DNA of 64,000 bases. It comes from an uncultured Treponema sp. Lineage in GTDB: Bacteria > Spirochaetota > Spirochaetia > Treponematales > Treponemataceae. Both the position numbers and the translations under genes were made by a program. The stretch spans positions 5,484 through 69,483 of the forward strand of contig CAZIQK010000003.1 in the NCBI GenBank assembly GCA_964541735.1, written 5' to 3'. The notes under the pieces are model-generated. The model was not told the origin of the DNA. It did not search any database and saw only the letters and a list, made by a program, of their open reading frames with translations. Positions 40,958-48,312 of this stretch are shown piece by piece; positions within the stretch are counted from its first letter, which is position 1; every line of letters starts with the position of its first letter.

Positions 40958-42052
40958 TTAGTCTTCAAATAAAACTTTTTCTTGTTGAGTTTCTGCTTGA
41001 CCTTCTGCATACGCTACTCTACCAATTTTGTATGCCTTCATATCCGGACAATAATCTTTATGATATTTTGAAGCATTTTGATTGAACATTTCTAAAATAG
41101 CATCTGCATCTTTTAAATTTACCGCAAGAACAAAACCTATTCCCATATTAAATGTATTATAGATTGAATTTAAATCTGCACCACGACGAATAAGTTCTCC
41201 GAAAATTGGAGGAATATCCCAAGAGTCACGTTTGATGATAGAAATTAATTGTTTTTTACCTTCTTTTGCTTTTGGAAACATACGAGGAATATTTTCATAG
41301 AATCCACCACCGGTAACATGAACCATTCCGTGAACAGATTTTCTATATTTAGAAAGAACTTCCATAACTGGTTTTACATAAATTCTTGTTGGAGTTAATA
41401 AAACTTCACCAATTTTTTTGCCTGTATCTTTTCCGTCAATTATAAATGCATCGTTAAAATCCGGAACCAATTTTCTAACCAAACTAAAACCGTTAGAATG
41501 AACACCTGTTGAAGAAAGCCCGATTAAAACATCACCTTCTTTGATTTCTTCACCGGTAATCATTTCTTTTTTTTCACCAACGCCAACACCAAAACCGGCT
41601 AAATCATATTTTCCATCATCATAAAAATCAGGCATTTCAGCAGTTTCGCCACCAAGCAAAGCACAACCAGTGTCTACACAACCATCAGCTACACCTTTTA
41701 CAAGTTCACTAGCAACATTTGCATCAAGTTTTCCGCATGCAACATAATCTAAAAAGAATGAAGTTTGAACGCCGGAACAAAGAATATCATTTACACTCAT
41801 TGCAACACAGTCAATTCCAACAGTGTCATATTTGTTCATTTTAAAAGCAACATCTAGTTTAGTTCCAACCCCATCAGTTCCACTTACAATTACAGGATTT
41901 TTATATCCTTTAGGAACTTCAAACATTCCGTTAAAACTACCAAGACCAGTTAAAAGTCCGGGAATTGCTGTTCGTTTTGCATGCTCTTTATATTTATTTA
42001 CCGCACGATAACCTTCTTCAACATCAACACCAGATTCTTTATAAGATGCCAT
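40958..42052 (-). CDS. purM: phosphoribosylformylglycinamidine cyclo-ligase
   Basis: 364 aa, with SGTDGVGTK and GLLGGETAEMP motifs. Confidence 0.95.
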   Translation of the reverse strand: MASYKESGVDVEEGYRAVNKYKEHAKRTAIPGLLTGLGSFNGMFEVPKGYKNPVIVSGTDGVGTKLDVAFKMNKYDTVGIDCVAMSVNDILCSGVQTSFFLDYVACGKLDANVASELVKGVADGCVDTGCALLGGETAEMPDFYDDGKYDLAGFGVGVGEKKEMITGEEIKEGDVLIGLSSTGVHSNGFSLVRKLVPDFNDAFIIDGKDTGKKIGEVLLTPTRIYVKPVMEVLSKYRKSVHGMVHVTGGGFYENIPRMFPKAKEGKKQLISIIKRDSWDIPPIFGELIRRGADLNSIYNTFNMGIGFVLAVNLKDADAILEMFNQNASKYHKDYCPDMKAYKIGRVAYAEGQAETQQEKVLFED

Positions 42053-42202
42053 AAAAAACTCCTTTTATTTAGAAAACTTTGCATATAGATAAAGTTATTA
42101 TAGAGAAAAACTCTCTATTTGGAAAGACAGAAGATTTTTATTCCATTGTACGAATACGTCTCTGAACTCCATTTTCTGTAAGGAAATTATTTATTTTTAT
42201 GC

Positions 42203-42238
42203 CTACGGTATTGGGCGAATCATTTTTTCGATGAATGA
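42203..42238 (-). repeat. remnant copy D of the methyltransferase gene 3' end
   Basis: The minus strand encodes SFIEKMIRPIP-stop. It shares the core atcattttttcgatgaatg with the real gene end at 44338-44405. Confidence 0.75.
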
Positions 42239-42285
42239 AGAAGCTTAGTCTTGAAGTGGAAAACGTAAGCAAATATCGAGGATTC

Positions 42286-42669
42286 CTATCTTACGTCAAA
42301 AATTTGAAGTTTTGGGAGAACAACTTGCATCATCTTAAAATGATTATCGTTTGTCCAGATTGAACAGTTATATTTTATACCAAGATATGCAATCATCGCG
42401 TCTTGAAACGGAACAGTAAGTCCATTTCTTCTGAACTCAATAAATAGCTCTGCAAGTTTAATCCAATCAGATTCTTCAAAAAGCAAATAAGAAAAATCAT
42501 TTAAAGCTTCGTTGAATTCTGTGAATTGCTTTTCAGAACGAGCTCCTCTCAAGAGTTCAGTTTTTATAACACCGCAAGTGGCGATGTCATTGTCCGCAAA
42601 AATGTGTCTTGCTTTTTCAGTGGGATTGTTCCAAAAGTCGATTATGATATTCGTATCGGCAATAATCAT
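42286..42669 (-). CDS. PIN-domain toxin (VapC-like)
   Basis: 127 aa. MIIADTNIIIDF with the conserved first Asp, and later acidic residues (E at ELLRG, D at WTNDNHF). 4-nt overlap with the upstream small ORF. Confidence 0.8.
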   Translation of the reverse strand: MIIADTNIIIDFWNNPTEKARHIFADNDIATCGVIKTELLRGARSEKQFTEFNEALNDFSYLLFEESDWIKLAELFIEFRRNGLTVPFQDAMIAYLGIKYNCSIWTNDNHFKMMQVVLPKLQIFDVR

Positions 42670-42881
42670 ACAAGGCTTGCCTCGCGCAATTCTGTAACTT
42701 CGTTTGGGTCAAGGTGAACTTTTCCAGCAAGAGCAAAAAATGAGTTTTTGCTTTTTGTGCCATTATGAACAACAGGATGTTCTTCTTGTTCATTTTTCAA
42801 CAACTTTATAAAAGCCGAAACAGAGCTTAAAAGAGGCTCCGGGAGAGTTTTTACTTGTTCTATAACCATTTCATAACTCAT
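42666..42881 (-). CDS. putative antitoxin of the PIN toxin
   Basis: 71-aa ORF overlapping the toxin start (ATGA). GGAGG RBS 7 nt upstream. Assigned by position only. Confidence 0.5.
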   Translation of the reverse strand: MSYEMVIEQVKTLPEPLLSSVSAFIKLLKNEQEEHPVVHNGTKSKNSFFALAGKVHLDPNEVTELREASLV

Positions 42882-42883
42882 TT

Positions 42884-43000
42884 TTTACCTCCAATCTAAA
42901 TATATCATATTCCGGCGGAATCTTCCATAAAAGGATTACGGCATCGCTCGAATCATTTTTTCGATGAATGATGTTTCGTCGGTGGAAAGATTGTATTTTA
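42884..43000 (-). repeat. remnant copy C of the methyltransferase 3' end plus shared TA promoter/RBS leader
   Basis: 42936-43000 encodes KYNLSTDETSFIEKMIRAMP-stop (real gene: KKYNLSADETAFIEKMIKPMM-stop). 42884-42935 is near-identical to 43580-43634. Confidence 0.8.
42898..42906 (-). promoter_or_regulatory. extended -10 (TGaTATATT) of the VapBC-like cassette
   Basis: Minus strand reads TGATATATT about 20 nt upstream of the antitoxin ATG. An identical element lies at 43598-43606. Confidence 0.4.
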
Positions 43001-43336
43001 TAAATCCAATAAATCCGAAAGAGCTTTGGAAATAACAAGCATGATTGATGGCGGAAGTTTTGAAGCTTTTTCTACAAGACAAGATTTGTCAATTATTCCA
43101 ACCTGTGGCGTAATGGCGACAGAATCTTTTGAAAGTTTTGTAATATCCTTGCTTAAAAATACATTGTCTTTATAGTCGGCAAGATTAGTATTTGTTGTGA
43201 GAGGAACGACTACTGTAGTCATAATGCGACTTGCATTGAAATTATCATTCTGGACAATCACCGCAGGTCTTCTTCCTTGAGGAGTACTTCCATAGGCAAG
43301 ACCGAAATCAACCCACCAGATTTCACCACGTGTCAT
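42998..43336 (-). CDS. MazF/PemK-family endoribonuclease toxin
   Basis: 112 aa. MTRGEIWWVDFG...GRRPAVIVQND...VVPLTT pattern of PemK/MazF. Confidence 0.85.
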   Translation of the reverse strand: MTRGEIWWVDFGLAYGSTPQGRRPAVIVQNDNFNASRIMTTVVVPLTTNTNLADYKDNVFLSKDITKLSKDSVAITPQVGIIDKSCLVEKASKLPPSIMLVISKALSDLLDL

Positions 43337-43577
43337 TTTTTAGAACCTCCCACATTGTCCGCATTGATGATTTTGCGGCCGCAATCTGTTCTTCAGCGGG
43401 GATTTTATCATACACAGCGTTTATGCGCTCGACTTCTGCTTCGTCAATATTGGAATCGTTTTGAGAGGCCCTTTTCTTTGCAAGCAAGACCTGAACTTTT
43501 TCATATATTTCTTCAAGCGATGGAATGTCAAGCTTGTCAAGTTCTGAATTAAAATAAGCATACGCAAAATCTGACAT
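43323..43577 (-). CDS. putative antitoxin of the MazF-like toxin
   Basis: 84-aa ORF overlapping the toxin start by 14 nt. GGAGG RBS upstream. Assigned by position only. Confidence 0.5.
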   Translation of the reverse strand: MSDFAYAYFNSELDKLDIPSLEEIYEKVQVLLAKKRASQNDSNIDEAEVERINAVYDKIPAEEQIAAAKSSMRTMWEVLKNDTW

Positions 43578-43579
43578 AC

Positions 43580-43679
43580 TTTTTTACCTCCGAACTAAAT
43601 ATATCACATTTTAGCGGAATTTTCCATAAAAGGACTACGGCATTGGACGAATCATTTTTTCGATAAATGATGTTTCGTT
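43580..43679 (-). repeat. remnant copy B of the methyltransferase 3' end plus shared TA promoter/RBS leader
   Basis: 43635-43679 encodes ETSFIEKMIRPMP-stop. toxN terminates inside it in another frame. The leader is homologous to 42884-42935. Confidence 0.8.
43598..43606 (-). promoter_or_regulatory. extended -10 (TGaTATATT) of the MazEF-like cassette
   Basis: Same 9-mer, in the same position relative to the GGAGG RBS, as at 42898-42906. Confidence 0.4.
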
Positions 43680-44158
43680 TGCCATTCTGCACATTTTGTT
43701 TCTAAAAGTAAAAAATCGTTACAGCGTTTTGAAAGTCCTGTTTTATTGCCATTCAATTTTTTGTGAATGTAGACAGTTTTTGCATTTTTTATGATTTTTT
43801 CTTCAATAGTTTTTATAAAACGATATTCATTACGCAGAAGATTCTGATAATTTTTATCTGCTACTGAATTTATATCTAGGAATTTACAATCATTGCTTGA
43901 AGCAGGAAACATATTGTTTATGTTCAAAACAGCAAAATCTTTGATTTTTATAAAATCCACAGTTTCTCTCATATTTTTATGTTTTTCTTTAAAAGACGAG
44001 AGAGGAACAAAATAATCTAGGCTATTTACAGAAAGCACAATACCGATATATTTCCGACTATTCTTCTGAGATGCTTTTTTGTTTTTAAACAGATGAGGAG
44101 CAAAAAGCGAAAGGAAATCAATATAATCTAGATTTATTTCGTAGAATTTCAATGACAC
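43652..44158 (-). CDS. toxN: type III toxin-antitoxin toxin, ToxN/AbiQ-family endoribonuclease
   Basis: 168 aa. KFYEINLDYIDFL ... KYIGIVLSVNSLDYFVPLSSFKEKH ... LNINNMFP ... YRFIKTIEEKI ... CNDFLLLE is collinear with the ToxN/AbiQ sequences I recall (MKFYTISSKYIEYL ... FIGIVLEI..YLAPLTSPK ... CNFSLLEE). GTG start behind AGGAG. Preceded by repeats plus a terminator, as in ToxIN loci. Confidence 0.85.
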   Translation of the reverse strand: MSLKFYEINLDYIDFLSLFAPHLFKNKKASQKNSRKYIGIVLSVNSLDYFVPLSSFKEKHKNMRETVDFIKIKDFAVLNINNMFPASSNDCKFLDINSVADKNYQNLLRNEYRFIKTIEEKIIKNAKTVYIHKKLNGNKTGLSKRCNDFLLLETKCAEWQTKHHLSKK

Positions 44159-44172
44159 TAAAACTTTCTCCT

Positions 44173-44206
44173 ACAAAAAAAACGGAGGCAGTTTTCTACC
44201 TCCGTT
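44173..44206 (-). terminator. intrinsic terminator/attenuator between repeat RNA and toxN
   Basis: aacggagg-N10-cctccgtt 8-bp GC-rich stem (44181-44206), followed on the minus strand by a U-run (A-run 44173-44180 on +). Same position as the ToxI-toxN terminator. Confidence 0.7.
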
Positions 44207-44283
44207 CTGTTAACATTCTCATTTATAAGGCCGAGATATGCCTACTGCTAAAGTTCTCGCTTATAGAGCCGAGATACACTCAC
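44200..44283 (-). ncRNA. ToxI/antiQ-like repeat RNA antitoxin (about 2.3 x 38-nt direct repeats)
   Basis: On the + strand, ttataaggccgagatatgc (44223-44241) and ttatagagccgagatacac (44261-44279) recur with a 38-nt period. About 27/38 positions are identical over full units. Sits between a TTGACA-17-TATATT promoter and an intrinsic terminator, directly upstream of toxN. Confidence 0.7.
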
Positions 44284-44290
44284 TTTTTTT

Positions 44291-44319
44291 AATATAACCA
44301 TTGCATAGAGAGTTGTCAA
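44291..44319 (-). promoter_or_regulatory. sigma-70 promoter of the toxIN locus
   Basis: Minus strand reads TTGACA (44319-44314), a 17-nt spacer, then TATATT (44296-44291). Confidence 0.65.
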
Positions 44320-44337
44320 GTTTTTGATTCTGCTATG

Positions 44338-47300
44338 TTACATCATCGGCTTTATCATTTTTTCGATGAACGCGGTTTCGTCGGCGGAAAGATTGTATTT
44401 TTTGTAAAGCTGCGCGTCAATTTCGGGGACGGATTTGCTCCAGTCGATGTCGCTTTCGGAAGTGAAGTCTTGGAGCGGAACGAACTGATAAACGGCTGCT
44501 GGAGCGTGTTGAGTATTCTTAATTAGCAATACCATAAACCTAAAATATTTTGTTTTAATATAAGAAATTACATTCTTTGTTTCTTGTTCTGTACTAAATG
44601 GACCAATCACCATATAAGTTTCTGTGCAACAAGAATTTTTTTCTCCAAATATTGGTTTGTTTAGAATTTGATGTGGAAATCCTTCTCCAGCACCATAGGC
44701 AGCAGTTATGTAAACTTTATATTTGTTTATCCAATCTTTATGCGTCAAAATTTCTGATTCAGAAATAAAACCTATTTTTTTGTTTTCATAAAGTTTTACT
44801 GAATTTTCAAAAGGTTCATTTTTCCCATGAACATAAGTTCTTAACCCAAACGGTTTTTGAGAACTGACTAAACTCATAAAGGATTTCTGATTTAATATTC
44901 TAGTTTTTCGTAATATAGAAACGCCTTCATTATAACGGATAAAGATTGAACAATCTTTTTCAAGTAAAGGTCGTTTCATTGCAGATATTTCTGATGAAAC
45001 AGTTGTAACGATTGTTTCTCCGTGATAGTTCTTATCCCAAAGGAAAAAGCAAATGCCTCCTTTTATTTCAACATTCGGAAAACAATCTTTAGCATCCAAG
45101 AAATCATAAATGCAGCGAATTGATTTATCGTTAAGAATTTTATCTCTGAAATTATCTAATCCACGTCCGCCGCTAAACCAGCGGGATGGCATTATCATTG
45201 AAACAAAATTAGGTTTTATTTTTTCTGCTGTAATTACAAATTTATCATAAACAGGAACAGCACTAGCCATTCCGCCTCCGTCCATTTCCTGATACGGCGG
45301 ATTTCCCACGATTGCGTCAAAGTCCATTTTTCCGTCTCCTTTTCCCCAGTAGCTTTTGCTTGTCACTTTGCTGATGAAGCTGTCGCTCTTGTTCTTGAGC
45401 TGGTTCACCAAGTCTTCAAAGTAGTGCGCGTTGATTTTTACGCCGCCGTAGCCGCTCAGCGTGCGCTGCGTGATTGCCTTCGCCATCGGCGTTTTGCAGA
45501 TTACAAAAATGTTCTCGCTGATTGTCTCGTTCCAAAGCTGTGCGTCGGTGGTTTCGACAGGCTCAACCACCACACTTTTTTGCTTGGCTTTCTTCTCGCG
45601 GAAAATCGAGTAGGCGCAATAAAGCGGATAAAGTCCGGTCTTGCTGTTGATTTCAAGAATTTTTGCGTCAGCGTTGCCGAGCGTTTTGCCGGTTACATTG
45701 TCAATCTGGATAAAATGCGGCTCCTCGTTTTCGGCGAGAGGCTTTTCATAGTCAGCGTCAAAGAACGAATATCCGCCAAGGCAGTCGCCCAGGTGCATGT
45801 TCACAACGCGCCAGGGAGTCAAAACTGTTTCCTTGTCAGGATTTTTGAAGTACGAGAAAATCTCCGCGATTTTCCGCACGCGCTCCTTCACTTCCAAATT
45901 GTCAGCGTTTTTCACAAGGTTTCTAATCCGCTTTCCCGCCGCGATAAAAACATCCTCGTCGTAATATTTTGTGAACTCCTTGAACTTTTCCTTTGTGATT
46001 CCGCGCGGCATGAACTCCTGCCATGAAGTTTCGTCGACCATCTCCACGAACTTTTCAAGGCTGATTTCTTCGTTCACGTCAACGTCCGCGCCGTAAATCA
46101 AAAGCGGCATTCTGATTGAGATTCCGCGCAGAACGCTGATTGCAGTCTGCCGCATCTTTTTTGCTTCCTGGAGCTTTTTCTTCGCTTCTTCCTCTTCGGG
46201 AGTCAGCTCGCGTTTTTCTTTCTGCGGCTTCGGGTTTTCAAGTTTTTTGTATTCTTCCTCAGTCAAGCCTGTGGAGTTCACGTCGATTTTTCCGCCGGAG
46301 TTGTTCGCCTTTGTCTCGCCGATAATCTCCTGGAGCTTCTTGAACTGATTTAGTTCTACCGAAGTGAGCTTTAGAAGCTCGTCGTTGTATAGATTCGCGT
46401 CGTCAAAGCCTTTTGTAACGGCACGCTCAGCGTAGGAAGATTTGAGTTGTTGGAGAAGACCGTTCACTTGGTAAGACTTCATCGTGCTGCCTTCAATCCC
46501 AATCACCGGGCAGTAGTTCAGAAACTCTCCGAGGCGGATTTTGTCATCGATTTTTGTTTTTCCTGCCTTTGAAGAAAGCGCGACTGAATCGGCGACCATT
46601 TTCAAGGTTCTGTCGGGCGCGAAGTCAAAGACGTAGGCGCGTGTTTTTGACTTTCCGTATTTGCTGCACGGAGTCTGTACGCGGAAAATTGTCTGAAGAT
46701 AGCCGCTTGCCTTTGTTGTGTAGCTTCCCGAAAGCATAAAGACCGCGCTCCATTCAGGAACAGAAACGCCGGTTGTGAGCTTTCCGCAGCTCAAAGTAAT
46801 TGTGTAGCCGTCTTCGCCAGCGTCGCTGATTGCTTTTTTCACGGCTTCCAGAGCCTCGCCGGTCGGGTCTTCAGGATCTCCGTCGCCCGCAACATTCACT
46901 ATATTAAAAGTCTGGAAAACCGGATGGCTTTGCATAAGACGCTGCAATGCAAGAGCCTCTTTTACGCCCGGAACCATCCATAGAGTGTGATGAAAAAGAT
47001 TTCTGTATTCATCCGAGCTGAACGGATACAAACTTTCATCGCTTTCTTTTGTGAGCAGATTCAAAAATGAGTTCACATCATCTTCGTGGACAAATGTTCC
47101 TGCACCGTTTGTCTTGAAGAACTCCGAGAAGTTGAACGACTTGTCCTGAATGTCCTCGTATTTTTCGCGGAGAAGCCTGCCCAGGTCGTAAGTGAACATC
47201 CGCATTTCAGGCAAATCGGAATACGGATTCGAGTCGCCGAAGTGTTTTTTCTCCCATTCGTGCTTTGCATGTTGCTCCATCACGTAGTCCCAAGTGTAGA

Positions 47301-48312
47301 CAGAGTTGTCGTCATCGTAGTTTTCAAGAATGTTGAACGGTGTTCCCGAAAGCTCCAAAAGTTTTGTACCTTCCTTTTCCTTGAACAGAAGCGACTTCAC
47401 TTCGTCACCGAGCTTTGTTGTTGTTCCTTCGTGTGCCTCGTCGATAATAACCAAGTCCCACTTTACGCCGAAAACATCATCGTTCTTGTCGAATTTTCCG
47501 CCCGCTTCCTTGGAGCCGCGCAAGTCCTGGATTGAGGCGAAGTAAATGTAGTTCTTGCCTGATTTTTCAAGTGCGCTTATTGTTGCGTCATTTTTCTTTG
47601 AGCCATAAACGTAGTTGTCTTCTTTTGTAAAAATCTTGGAAAAATCCTCGTGCCAACCTTCGTCAACAACGGGGCGATGAGTAATCAGAATTGTCTTTTT
47701 GAACTTGCATTCTTTTACAACTTCGAGTGCGGAAAGAGTTTTTCCGAATCTCATCTTCGCGTTCCAGAGCATTCGCGAGCCTTTTTTGAAGTGCGCCACG
47801 GTTTTCATTATCGCATCTTTCTGCTCAGGGCGGAACACAACCGGCACGTACTCGGACGAAGATTTTGTTCCGTCAAGTCTTGTCATCTGCTTTTTAACTG
47901 CACTGATTGCCTCTTTCGCAGTGTTAATGCCGATTTCAAACCATTCCGCACCGGTAGACTGTTCAAACCTCTTCTTTTTGATTCCTGAGTTTTCAAGCAC
48001 GCGGTGGACTTTTTTATCGCGGAAACTTTCTGTGATGAACTTTCCGTTTTCCTGCCTTGTTGAAAGCGCAAGCTCCGTGTGCAGAAGCTTGACTGGGACC
48101 GCCGCAGTGTTCGTGTACTCGCGGATTCTTTTGAGCGCGGCCTGGTTCAAGGCGTTGCAGTTCGGCGAAAGAAAGTCCGGCTGCAAATCCGTGTCGAGCG
48201 TTGTGTCGCCGATTTTGAGGCAGCCTGAGTGCGTGTCGTCTGGAATTGTGAAAATGTAAATCAGTTTGTATGAAAATGTATTCTTAAAAACCTGAGATTT
48301 TTCTTCCGCCAT
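44338..48312 (-). CDS. fused T5orf172 (GIY-YIG-like) / SF2 ResIII-type helicase / Eco57I-type N6-adenine DNA methyltransferase
   Basis: 1324 aa. N-terminus LKIGDT...KKVHRVLE...GAEWFEI. Helicase motifs FRPEQKDAI, AKMRFGKTL, VIIDEAHEG, LSGTPF, TTGVSVPEW, QTIFRVQT. MTase motifs TPWRVVNMHL, ILEINSKTGLYPL, IVGNPPYQ. Conserved tail KKYNLSADETAFIEKMI. AAGGAG RBS 7 nt upstream. Confidence 0.8.
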   Translation of the reverse strand: MAEEKSQVFKNTFSYKLIYIFTIPDDTHSGCLKIGDTTLDTDLQPDFLSPNCNALNQAALKRIREYTNTAAVPVKLLHTELALSTRQENGKFITESFRDKKVHRVLENSGIKKKRFEQSTGAEWFEIGINTAKEAISAVKKQMTRLDGTKSSSEYVPVVFRPEQKDAIMKTVAHFKKGSRMLWNAKMRFGKTLSALEVVKECKFKKTILITHRPVVDEGWHEDFSKIFTKEDNYVYGSKKNDATISALEKSGKNYIYFASIQDLRGSKEAGGKFDKNDDVFGVKWDLVIIDEAHEGTTTKLGDEVKSLLFKEKEGTKLLELSGTPFNILENYDDDNSVYTWDYVMEQHAKHEWEKKHFGDSNPYSDLPEMRMFTYDLGRLLREKYEDIQDKSFNFSEFFKTNGAGTFVHEDDVNSFLNLLTKESDESLYPFSSDEYRNLFHHTLWMVPGVKEALALQRLMQSHPVFQTFNIVNVAGDGDPEDPTGEALEAVKKAISDAGEDGYTITLSCGKLTTGVSVPEWSAVFMLSGSYTTKASGYLQTIFRVQTPCSKYGKSKTRAYVFDFAPDRTLKMVADSVALSSKAGKTKIDDKIRLGEFLNYCPVIGIEGSTMKSYQVNGLLQQLKSSYAERAVTKGFDDANLYNDELLKLTSVELNQFKKLQEIIGETKANNSGGKIDVNSTGLTEEEYKKLENPKPQKEKRELTPEEEEAKKKLQEAKKMRQTAISVLRGISIRMPLLIYGADVDVNEEISLEKFVEMVDETSWQEFMPRGITKEKFKEFTKYYDEDVFIAAGKRIRNLVKNADNLEVKERVRKIAEIFSYFKNPDKETVLTPWRVVNMHLGDCLGGYSFFDADYEKPLAENEEPHFIQIDNVTGKTLGNADAKILEINSKTGLYPLYCAYSIFREKKAKQKSVVVEPVETTDAQLWNETISENIFVICKTPMAKAITQRTLSGYGGVKINAHYFEDLVNQLKNKSDSFISKVTSKSYWGKGDGKMDFDAIVGNPPYQEMDGGGMASAVPVYDKFVITAEKIKPNFVSMIMPSRWFSGGRGLDNFRDKILNDKSIRCIYDFLDAKDCFPNVEIKGGICFFLWDKNYHGETIVTTVSSEISAMKRPLLEKDCSIFIRYNEGVSILRKTRILNQKSFMSLVSSQKPFGLRTYVHGKNEPFENSVKLYENKKIGFISESEILTHKDWINKYKVYITAAYGAGEGFPHQILNKPIFGEKNSCCTETYMVIGPFSTEQETKNVISYIKTKYFRFMVLLIKNTQHAPAAVYQFVPLQDFTSESDIDWSKSVPEIDAQLYKKYNLSADETAFIEKMIKPMM

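Noticed and set aside
45424-48259. Long plus-strand ORFs (45424-46026, 47086-47535, 47650-47988, 47699-48259 and others) antisense to the 1324-aa gene
   Set aside because: They lie wholly inside the GC-rich gene, where stop codons are rare on the opposite strand. Their translations are low-complexity (R/F/L/S-rich) with no recognisable motifs or RBS. I treat them as shadow ORFs.
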